A stretch of 64,000 bases of DNA from an uncultured Bacteroidales bacterium (lineage in GTDB: Bacteria > Bacteroidota > Bacteroidia > Bacteroidales > Paludibacteraceae). A program made the translations under genes and the position numbers. Below the pieces are notes generated by a model. It searched no databases. It saw only the letters and a list, made by a program, of their open reading frames with translations, and was not told where the DNA came from. This document shows, piece after piece, positions 1 to 7,155 of the stretch. The stretch is taken from contig CACXPH010000009.1 in NCBI GenBank assembly GCA_902769535.1, forward strand, positions 11,032-75,031, in the 5' to 3' direction. Position 1 is the stretch's first letter. Every line of letters starts with the position of its first letter.

Positions 1-654
1 TATTTTCTACGATTCCAACGGGAATTCCTTCCGGGAAGGCTGCACTCAGACCACTGGTGATGATCGTATCGCCTTGGTTTACTACCATGTGTGCCGCTAC
101 GTCGGTCAGCAGCGCAAAACGGCTGTCTTTACCGTCCCATTGCAGCGTGCCGATATAACCGTTCTTGGCAAAGCGGCAACTGAGGTTGGTGTGGGTGTTG
201 ATGAGCGGTTGCACCACGCTGTAGTTACGTCCAACGGTGCGCACGATACCTACGGCGCCGTCTTCATTACGCACGCCCTGCTTGCTCTGGATACCGTCTT
301 TAGCTCCGCGGTTGATTGTCAGATAGTTATGCAGGCGATCTGTCGTCATTTGTACCACTTTGGCATTCTCATAGCGGATAGGCGCGTCGTTTTCCGTCGA
401 TTCCATCGAAGAAATCTGATTACGCAAGGCCGCATTCTCGGCTGCCAGTTGTTCGTTTTGATGCTTCAGACCGAAATAACTATTGATCTCACTTATCTGC
501 GCGTGTTGCCAGGCAACGAAATCATTCGCTGTACTGAGGATACTACTCCGCGGATAAGCGTTGTTCATGCTAATGAGCAAAAACGCAGCAACTTCCAAGG
601 CGATGAAAACCAGGAAGTTGCTATATCGCAGCAGTATTTTAAGCAATGTCTGCA
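1..654 (-). CDS. mreC: rod shape-determining protein MreC, N-terminal ~218 codons (continues past window start)
   Basis: Absent from ORF track because it is open at position 1. Own translation from ATG at 652-654: MQTLLKILLRYSNFLVFIALEVAAFLLISMNN...QNEQLAAENAALRNQISS...GIVRTVGRNYSVVQPLINTH. Starts 17 nt after the mreB stop, the usual mreB-mreC order. Confidence 0.8.
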
Positions 655-671
655 TATGCCGCTAGGGTCGA

Positions 672-1691
672 TTAGCGGAGAAGGAATCCGAAGTTGTTCA
701 CGTTCTTCAGCGCTACGCCTGTACCGCGTGCAACGGAGTGCAACGGATCGTCTGCTACGTGGAACGGAATTGTGATCTTATCCGTCAATCGTCTTGCTAA
801 GCCGTGCAGTAATGCACCACCACCGGTCAGGTAGATACCGCGTTTCACGATATCCGAGTACAACTCAGGCGGCGTGGACTCGAGTGCCTGAAGGATAGCT
901 CCTTCGATCTTGCTCACACTCTTCTCCAAGCAATGTGCGATCTCCTGATAGCTTACCGGAACGGACATCGGCAGCGCCGTCACTTTGTTCGGACCGATGA
1001 CGATATAATCCTCTGGTGCATCTTCCAACTCCGGCAGCGCCGAACCTACTTGGATCTTAATGCGCTCTGCGGTCGGCTCGTCAATACGGATGTTGTGCAT
1101 GCGACCCATATACTCGATGATGTCCTGGTTGAAATCATCACCTGCAATCTTAATCGATTTGTTACTTACGATACCACCGAGCGAGATAACAGCGATCTCC
1201 GTCGTACCACCACCGATATCCACGATCATGCAGCCTTCCGGACTCTCAACGTCCAAGCCAATACCGATAGCTGCAGCCATCGGCTCGTAGATCATGTAGA
1301 TGTCACGACCACCTGCGTGCTCCGAACTATCGCGCACCGCACGGATCTCCACCTCAGTCGAGCCCGAAGGAATACAAACCACCATGCGGATCGAAGGGCT
1401 GAAGAGACGTGCCTGCTTCGGGATCATCTTGATCATACCGCGGATCATCATCTCGCATGCGTAGAAATCGGCGATCACACCGTCTCGCAACGGACGTACG
1501 GTACGGATCATGCTACCGCCTTTACCAATCATCTGTTGTGCCTTACGGCCGACGGCAACCATCTTGTTGTCCGCCATCGAGATGGCCACTACGGACGGCT
1601 CGTCCACTACGATCTTATCATCGCACATGATGATCGTGTTCGCCGTTCCCAAGTCAATGGCAATCTCTTGTGTAAAAGAAAAAAGTCCCAT
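672..1691 (-). CDS. mreB: rod shape-determining actin-like protein MreB
   Basis: 339 aa, full length; IAIDLGTANT, MIVDIGGGTTEIAV and LTGGGALL ATPase motifs of the MreB/actin fold. Confidence 0.95.
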   Translation of the reverse strand: MGLFSFTQEIAIDLGTANTIIMCDDKIVVDEPSVVAISMADNKMVAVGRKAQQMIGKGGSMIRTVRPLRDGVIADFYACEMMIRGMIKMIPKQARLFSPSIRMVVCIPSGSTEVEIRAVRDSSEHAGGRDIYMIYEPMAAAIGIGLDVESPEGCMIVDIGGGTTEIAVISLGGIVSNKSIKIAGDDFNQDIIEYMGRMHNIRIDEPTAERIKIQVGSALPELEDAPEDYIVIGPNKVTALPMSVPVSYQEIAHCLEKSVSKIEGAILQALESTPPELYSDIVKRGIYLTGGGALLHGLARRLTDKITIPFHVADDPLHSVARGTGVALKNVNNFGFLLR

Positions 1692-1733
1692 ATGTTTAGT
1701 TGTTTTTAGTGCCTAGTTTCGCAAAATAACGCG

Positions 1734-1765
1734 CAAAGGTACTACAATTTTTTCATATATGCAAG
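1734..1765 (-). promoter_or_regulatory. Bacteroidota-type promoter (-33 CTTG / -7 TAccTTTG) for mreBC
   Basis: Reverse strand reads CTTG-N20-TACCTTTG; the -7 box ends 42 nt upstream of the mreB ATG. Confidence 0.55.
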
Positions 1766-1802
1766 CGCGCGCAAAACTTTTTTGAAATTTTGTTTGCGCG
1801 CG
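1765..1802 (-). terminator. GC-rich hairpin between flavoprotein gene end and mreB promoter (possible terminator)
   Basis: GCGCGCGCAAAAC / GTTTGCGCGCG arms around an AT-rich loop; no clean T-run follows. Confidence 0.35.
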
Positions 1803-1869
1803 AATGGCAGTAAAATCTTTACAAAAATACAACTTCTCTCGATTTCAACGGAGAAATATGAGTAGATTG

Positions 1870-2484
1870 CTATCGAATAAAATTCATGGCTTGGCGAGCT
1901 TCGTATTCCGGTTTGGGTTGGCCTTCCATCGCTTTAAGCATAGCCGCCATGTTTTTTGCCAAGGATCGCATGGTCTGCATGCCCTCTTGGTCCAAAGCTG
2001 CCTCACCTGCGTCACGACCGTAGACGATATTCCAGTATTGGGAAGTCACGAGCGGCATATGCATCATCTGGAACGGCATCGTGAGCGTTTGTAAGGTAGC
2101 GGTAGCTCCTCCACGACGACAAACAGCAACAGCCGCAGCCGGTTTGCCCGTGAAATAGGAACCTGCCGAGTAGAGTAGGCGTTGCAGCAGCGCCAATAAC
2201 CCGCCGTTTGGCTGGCCGTAATAGACCGGAGAACCGATGATCAACGCATCGGCCTCTTTCATCTTCTCCGACACACGGTTACAGATGTCATCATCAAAGC
2301 AGCAGCGGTTCTCACCTTTCGACTTGCAGGTGTTGCAGGCAATACAACTGCGAACCGGCTGTACGCCAAGTTGCACGATCTCGGCCACAATGCCGTTTTT
2401 CTCCAACTCCTTAGCCACCTCACTCAGCGCTAAGAACGTATTCCCCGCCTTCCGCGGACTTCCGTTAATCAATAGAACTTTCAT
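1870..2484 (-). CDS. NADPH-dependent FMN reductase / flavodoxin-family iron-sulfur flavoprotein
   Basis: 204 aa; MKVLLINGSPRKAGNT flavodoxin-like N-terminus and a Cys-rich segment (CIACNTC...CC). Confidence 0.7.
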   Translation of the reverse strand: MKVLLINGSPRKAGNTFLALSEVAKELEKNGIVAEIVQLGVQPVRSCIACNTCKSKGENRCCFDDDICNRVSEKMKEADALIIGSPVYYGQPNGGLLALLQRLLYSAGSYFTGKPAAAVAVCRRGGATATLQTLTMPFQMMHMPLVTSQYWNIVYGRDAGEAALDQEGMQTMRSLAKNMAAMLKAMEGQPKPEYEARQAMNFIR

Positions 2485-2498
2485 AGTGTTGTGTATTT

Positions 2499-2981
2499 TT
2501 AGTTAAACAATTGGATTTGTTCGAGGTAATTTTTGTCGATTTCATCGAAAGAATTGTAGTCTTTGCTGTCGATATCGAGTACGGCGATGACTTCTCCGTT
2601 TTGACGGATAGGCACAACGATCTCGCTTTTCGAGGCCGAGGAACAGGCTATATGGCCGGGGAACTCATGGACGTTCGGCACGATGAGCGTTTTGTTCTGC
2701 TGCCAGGCTGTTCCGCAGACACCCTTTCCGAACGGGATGCGGGTACAGGCGATAGGGCCTTGGAAAGGACCTAAAACCAATTCTTGGTTTATTGATGATT
2801 GATGATTTATGATTTCAAATTTAGGCTTTTCTTTTACAATATAAAAGCCAGTCCACCAGAAATGGAAGGTGTTGTGCAAGGCCGCGACAATGTTAGCCAT
2901 GTTAGCGATGAGGTCGGTCTCGCTGGAAATGAGAGACTGGATCTGCGGGAAGAGGGATTGGTATGTGGATTCTTTAGTCAT
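2499..2981 (-). CDS. GAF domain protein (free methionine-(R)-sulfoxide reductase family)
   Basis: 160 aa; LVLGPFQGPIACTRIPFGKGVCGTAW and EIVVPI blocks of the YebR/fRMsr GAF family. An extra KPKFEIINHQSSINQ loop is encoded by a heptamer tract. Confidence 0.7.
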   Translation of the reverse strand: MTKESTYQSLFPQIQSLISSETDLIANMANIVAALHNTFHFWWTGFYIVKEKPKFEIINHQSSINQELVLGPFQGPIACTRIPFGKGVCGTAWQQNKTLIVPNVHEFPGHIACSSASKSEIVVPIRQNGEVIAVLDIDSKDYNSFDEIDKNYLEQIQLFN

Positions 2982-2993
2982 GATAGTTGGGAG

Positions 2994-3422
2994 TTAGTTG
3001 TTTTGTTCGGCGAGATGGGCTTGATAGATCATGGCGCGGGTGAAGGCATAGAGTTGGACATAGCGTTTTTGTGCGCCGGTAGTCTTGTCAATCGGAGCTT
3101 GCGGATCGGGTTGTGTACCTTTCGTATAGGGCAGTTGCGCATTGAAACGTAATTCCCATTTAGCACGTAGTTCCTGGTCGGCAAGTTCATTCTTGGTTCG
3201 GGTACAGATTTCGCGCCATAAATTGTGGTACTCGAGCTCTTTACCAACCATGGGATGGCGTTTGAAATTGCGCGGGTTGGTGATGTAATAGCCTTCCTGC
3301 TTGCCATAGGCAATAACTCGTCCTCGTCCGTCTTTGAAGGTCTTCTGCCGTGTGATGAGTCCGTGTTTGGAAAGCGCGCCTTCTGTTTTTTCGATTGCAG
3401 GGTTGTAAAATAGTTCAGCCAT
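2994..3422 (-). CDS. hypothetical protein (142 aa)
   Basis: Clean ORF ending 12 nt upstream of the GAF gene start, on the same strand; no motif I recognise. Confidence 0.5.
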   Translation of the reverse strand: MAELFYNPAIEKTEGALSKHGLITRQKTFKDGRGRVIAYGKQEGYYITNPRNFKRHPMVGKELEYHNLWREICTRTKNELADQELRAKWELRFNAQLPYTKGTQPDPQAPIDKTTGAQKRYVQLYAFTRAMIYQAHLAEQNN

Positions 3423-3479
3423 AGTATAAAGTGGTTACGTGTTGGGTACGATGTAGTTAGCATAATATCATAACAATAA

Positions 3480-3542
3480 CATATGAATAACATAAGAATA
3501 TCATAAGCAAACCATATGAACGGCATAAGTTAAACATATGAA
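3480..3542 (-). repeat. three phased CATATGAA boxes in the 5' leader of the 142-aa gene
   Basis: CATATGAA at 3480, 3513 and 3535 (33 and 22 nt apart); CATAAG follows the first two boxes within 4-5 nt. Confidence 0.6.
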
Positions 3543-3572
3543 TAGTATATGATAGATCGCAAAAATATGGTG

Positions 3573-3604
3573 CAAAGGTACGAAGAAAAAATGATATATG
3601 CAAG
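3573..3604 (-). promoter_or_regulatory. Bacteroidota-type promoter for the 142-aa / GAF / flavoprotein unit
   Basis: Reverse strand CTTG-N20-TACCTTTG, about 150 nt upstream of the ATG at 3422. Confidence 0.5.
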
Positions 3605-3669
3605 AGGAAAGGAGATTTTTGTGAAGATTTGGCATAATTATTGTGGCATTTTTAAGAAAAGGAAGGGTT

Positions 3670-4008
3670 ATGAAACGAATTTTACTGGTTTTTGTTGCGG
3701 TACTGGCAGCCTCAGCGGGGCTGTATGCGCAGAGGGTCTATTCGACCGAGAAAGAATATCAGGCCGATGTGACGGTCTATGTGGTGGATCATGAGTATCA
3801 GGCGGATTTGTTAGTGTACGTGGAAGACCATGACTATCAGGCAAAGGGTAATGAGGGAAAGTGGTATTTTGCGGACAAGGACTATCAGGCGGATGTGAAG
3901 ATTTACTTTGTGGATCATGAGTACCAAGCCGATCTGAAGGTGTATTTCGTGGATCACGAGTACCAGGCCGGTTGGAGGAAGGAAGAAAAGAAGGGATTGA
4001 TGCAATAG
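3670..4008 (+). CDS. small secreted repeat protein (YQAD repeats)
   Basis: Start moved to the MKRILLVFVAVLAASAGLYAQ signal peptide. Six copies of (D/E)(H/K)(E/D)YQAD-x2-(V/I)Y(F/V)V follow. Confidence 0.65.
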   Translation: MKRILLVFVAVLAASAGLYAQRVYSTEKEYQADVTVYVVDHEYQADLLVYVEDHDYQAKGNEGKWYFADKDYQADVKIYFVDHEYQADLKVYFVDHEYQAGWRKEEKKGLMQ

Positions 4009-4050
4009 AAGGGATGTAGATTTCTTCGATGAAATCGGAAGAAGTTAGGA

Positions 4051-4074
4051 CAAAGAAAGAGCCGCAAGCGGCTC
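4051..4074 (-). terminator. hairpin terminator after the DUF262-HNH gene
   Basis: GAGCCGC/GCGGCTC stem followed on the minus strand by TTTCTTTG. Confidence 0.5.
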
Positions 4075-4130
4075 AACCTGCGGCTCGGGTGTCAAACAAA
4101 TAACAGATATTTGAAAAATCTGTGAGCCTA

Positions 4131-5252
4131 TTATTTGCTGCTTTTACGACGGTTACAGTCGCGGCAGAGCATTTGGCAGTTGCTTGCGATAGTTCGTCCA
4201 CCTTCTACCCACGGGGTTATATGGTCGGCTTCCATAACCTCGATGTCGAACGGTTTGCCGCAGATAGCACATTTGCCGCCTTGCCGCTCATAGACTTCAC
4301 GGCGCGTGTTTGCATCAAAAGTGCGGATACCGAGGTGGTGAATGTCGCCATCCAGAATATAGGCAAAGATACCGCTTTTCTTCTGCACGTCCGAGTCCGC
4401 CATCAGTTTGGCCATTTGTTCGTTGATATAAGTCGCCGTGAGTTTGGTATCGCGGTGACGGTTATAGAGCAAACCCCACTCGACGCCTTTCATCTCTTTC
4501 TTGTACTTGCGTCCGAAGAGTTTGTCCACCCAATGAATGACGTCTTGGAAATACTGCCATAACTCGTCAGCATCGGTGTCGTGCTGGTGATCCGCCATAT
4601 ACTGACGAAGCGATTTGCCTTGTGCGTCGCCGATCCATTGGAGCGCTGTCTCAAAATAGTCCTGACGTATAGGCGATCCGGACATAAAATCCGAGGCGAT
4701 ACGATAAGCCACACAGCCTGTTTTGGAGAAACGACGCTTGGCTTGTGTGGTCCACGAACCCGCATAGATAGCGTTCAAAATCTCTTGGTCGGTTAGTTTC
4801 TCGCCGGCTATGTTGATGCGCTGAAACCATTTGATTTTCTCTTCGTCGGTACCCTCGCAAATATAGACTTGAATCTTGTAGTCAAGAATACGATTTTGCT
4901 GCTCTTGGGTCATATTATTGAAGCCGAGCAGGTTACCGTCAAACTCCATCATATACTCGCCGGCAATGAACGAGCAGATAGAAATCGTACGTTGCTGACC
5001 GTCCAGCACTTCGTAGTCGATACCATCCGCGCCGTCGGTTTTTACCCAATACATGACGTTGAGCGGAAAGTTCTGCCAAACAGTATCCATAACGGCGTTG
5101 CGTTTCTTCTCGTCATAGACAAACTCCCGCTGATATTTCGGACGAATGTTCAGACGCCCGCCGTAACCGACAATGCCTTCTTCCTGAATACTCAAATCAT
5201 TGTAACCTGCGCACAACTCCCGCACGCGTACTTCATGTAAATCTATTTTCAT
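4131..5252 (-). CDS. DUF262 (GmrSD N-domain-like) - HNH endonuclease fusion protein
   Basis: 373 aa; LDGQQRTISI (DGQQR box of DUF262/ParB-like fold) in the N-terminal half. The C-terminus CAICGKP...ADHITPW...NCQMLCRDCNRRK is an HNH motif. Confidence 0.75.
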   Translation of the reverse strand: MKIDLHEVRVRELCAGYNDLSIQEEGIVGYGGRLNIRPKYQREFVYDEKKRNAVMDTVWQNFPLNVMYWVKTDGADGIDYEVLDGQQRTISICSFIAGEYMMEFDGNLLGFNNMTQEQQNRILDYKIQVYICEGTDEEKIKWFQRINIAGEKLTDQEILNAIYAGSWTTQAKRRFSKTGCVAYRIASDFMSGSPIRQDYFETALQWIGDAQGKSLRQYMADHQHDTDADELWQYFQDVIHWVDKLFGRKYKKEMKGVEWGLLYNRHRDTKLTATYINEQMAKLMADSDVQKKSGIFAYILDGDIHHLGIRTFDANTRREVYERQGGKCAICGKPFDIEVMEADHITPWVEGGRTIASNCQMLCRDCNRRKSSK

Positions 5253-5337
5253 GGCTTTTGTGGTTTTTTGTTACGAATTAAGATACGTTGGTATACTTTT
5301 TCTCTCATACCATCCTTGATAATTACTCCACTCGCGT

Positions 5338-6279
5338 TCAAATCATAAGTTCCATTCTTTCCGAACTTAGCAAAATATGCCTGTAATCTATGGGTATATC
5401 TCCCGTCTTATTTACATTGATGGCATTATAGTTTTCGAAGGTAGGATACTCTTCCATATTAAATGTCTTGTATAACACTAAATCTTCATGTCGTTGAGGG
5501 TAGTCTAAGTTGGTAAACCAACGAACACCGACAACACGAATATAACGATTCCCTTTTGCATCGACCCGTAATGATTTAGAGCGTACTTCATACGTTGGTG
5601 GAATCATAAACTCTCTATCACCGCTATGAATACTAACACCAAGCCACATTTTGTTTTCGCTTATTAACTTGAAGCAATCTTTGTAGGTAAGAGCATTTTG
5701 ATTTCCAATTATCAAGAACTTCTTGTCATATTTACTTAATAGAGCCACATACTCACGAAATAACGAGAAGGGCGGATTTGTTACAACGATATCAGCTTCC
5801 TTTAATAATTCGATACATTCTTGTGAGCGAAAGTCGCCATTCCCCTTTAGTAATGACAATACATTCTTATCGTTTTGAATTAAATATTGTACATCAGCTA
5901 AATTTACCGCGCCATCGTTATTATAATCTTGGACTTCGGTAATTTCTACTTTGTATGCAATTTTCTTAGGCTCGCTTTCTTCTATCTCAAATAATAGAGG
6001 TAATTCATCACCGGCTATAGGAGAACCGTTATAACAAGTGGCAATTAGTTTTTTGAGACCTAAGGTGTTGAAATTTAGTGCAAAGTATTTAAAGAAATTA
6101 CTTTCGTAAGGATCATCACAATTACACAACACTACTTTCCCTTTGAAGTGTTGTTTGTAGTATTTGAGTTCTTTCGCAATATCATCTAATTGCGTATAAA
6201 ATTCATCTTGTTTCGCGATTTTTGCAGCCTGTAAATCACTTTGAGCCATAGATTGATAGTTTTTTTGCATAACTATCAA
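5338..6279 (-). CDS. EcoRI-family N6-adenine DNA methyltransferase (3' end apparently frameshifted)
   Basis: 313 aa; DEFYTQ box and VVTNPPFSLF (NPPF) catalytic motif. The expected C-terminus (AYFAKFGKNGTYDLN...KVYQRILIRNKK) lies in another frame at 5249-5407. Visibly AT-rich relative to neighbours. Confidence 0.75.
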   Translation of the reverse strand: MIVMQKNYQSMAQSDLQAAKIAKQDEFYTQLDDIAKELKYYKQHFKGKVVLCNCDDPYESNFFKYFALNFNTLGLKKLIATCYNGSPIAGDELPLLFEIEESEPKKIAYKVEITEVQDYNNDGAVNLADVQYLIQNDKNVLSLLKGNGDFRSQECIELLKEADIVVTNPPFSLFREYVALLSKYDKKFLIIGNQNALTYKDCFKLISENKMWLGVSIHSGDREFMIPPTYEVRSKSLRVDAKGNRYIRVVGVRWFTNLDYPQRHEDLVLYKTFNMEEYPTFENYNAINVNKTGDIPIDYRHILLSSERMELMI

Positions 6280-6309
6280 TCACAAACGAAAAAATAGGTG
6301 GAATTTACC

Positions 6310-6478
6310 TATTCGTATTCAGGAAAAGCGTCGGATTGCAAACCTCAACCAAAGTAGATAAATTCACACCTAAAGGTATGAACATTTACCATTACTTTGG
6401 TTTAGCGAGCAGACGCTCATAAATACATCTATTCGTTTTAATTCAAAATAGTTTCCGACGCTTTTTTGAATACGAATA
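6310..6478. repeat. nested inverted repeats (about 25-nt outer arms, 10-nt inner arms)
   Basis: TATTCGTATTCAGGAAAAGCGTCGGA (6310-6335) pairs with TCCGACGCTTTTTTGAATACGAATA (6454-6478). The inner pair AACCAAAGTA (6347-6356) / TACTTTGGTT (6393-6402) is perfect. Confidence 0.7.
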
Positions 6479-6544
6479 ATAGTAATGCTGTTAATATGTT
6501 ATTTATTTTCTGCGCAACGCTTCGCGCTCGTTTATGTCATTTTG

Positions 6545-6618
6545 TGGAGTATAGCGGACTCGAACCGCTCACCTCAACACTGCCAGTGTTGCGCTCTAGC
6601 CAGATGAGCTAATACCCC
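6545..6618 (-). tRNA. tRNA-Ala (anticodon GGC)
   Basis: Reverse complement GGGGTATTAGCTCATCTGGCTAGAGCGCAACACTGGCAGTGTTGAGGTGAGCGGTTCGAGTCCGCTATACTCCA folds as a cloverleaf. Anticodon loop CTGGCAG; G3:U70 Ala identity pair. Confidence 0.9.
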
Positions 6619-6651
6619 ATTATTTTTTACGCTGTCGGAACCAGCGATGTG

Positions 6652-7044
6652 TTATAAATCGCCTGACCATCCGTGACCGAGATCCCAGTGTTCGTCGTAC
6701 CGGAACTCGAAATACGGCAAGGCGAAGTATTTGTCGATAAGTGCGGTCAGTTCTTCTTCCTTATCTTTTGCCCACTGACCTACAAAGACGATAAATCTAT
6801 CAATATTCCATGACACGCGGCCGGAAAAAGGATGACGATGTAAAGGCTCTGGATATTCAATATTAGTGATTCCTTTTTGCAATGACTCCTCTACCATCTT
6901 TGGCGTCAGCTCTTTTTTATAGACACCAAAGAAGTCGTGCTCTTCCGGATCATACCAGAAGATACCGACTGCCGGCATGGGTTCGTCGAAGGACTTCATA
7001 TCCTTCATTATGGCCTCTTTTTCGCTATGTGATAAGGTAGTCAT
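6652..7044 (-). CDS. hypothetical protein (130 aa)
   Basis: ORF with its own promoter; no motif I recognise (MTTLSHSEKEAIMKDMKSF...HWDLGHGWSGDL). Confidence 0.5.
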   Translation of the reverse strand: MTTLSHSEKEAIMKDMKSFDEPMPAVGIFWYDPEEHDFFGVYKKELTPKMVEESLQKGITNIEYPEPLHRHPFSGRVSWNIDRFIVFVGQWAKDKEEELTALIDKYFALPYFEFRYDEHWDLGHGWSGDL

Positions 7045-7070
7045 AGTTGTTATTCAAACCTTTGCGGCTG

Positions 7071-7102
7071 CAAAGGTACAGCTTTTTTTTGAAATACGCA
7101 AG
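7071..7102 (-). promoter_or_regulatory. Bacteroidota-type promoter for the 130-aa gene
   Basis: Reverse strand CTTG-N20-TACCTTTG; the -7 box is part of the palindrome ACCTTTGC-GGCT-GCAAAGGT (7058-7077). Confidence 0.55.
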
Positions 7103-7155
7103 AAAATGGAAGAAAAAATACTCGCAACTGAAGTTACGAGCACGGGATAAAGCCG

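Noticed and set aside
74-775. 233-aa plus-strand ORF at the window start
   Set aside because: It lies antisense to a minus-strand frame that translates into a clear MreC N-terminus directly after mreB. The plus ORF has no recognisable motifs and a low-complexity, Arg/Val-rich look typical of shadow ORFs.
3029-3526. 165-aa minus-strand ORF starting in the AT-rich leader and overlapping the 142-aa gene in another frame
   Set aside because: It begins inside the AUG-rich repeat leader, and its peptide is low-complexity (FICYCYDIML...). The overlapping 142-aa frame looks like the real gene.
4131-6618. Calling the nuclease-methyltransferase patch next to tRNA-Ala an integrated mobile element
   Set aside because: There is no integrase, transposase or excisionase. 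I did not see a duplicated copy of the tRNA-Ala 3' end that would mark an att site. Only composition and context suggest horizontal origin.
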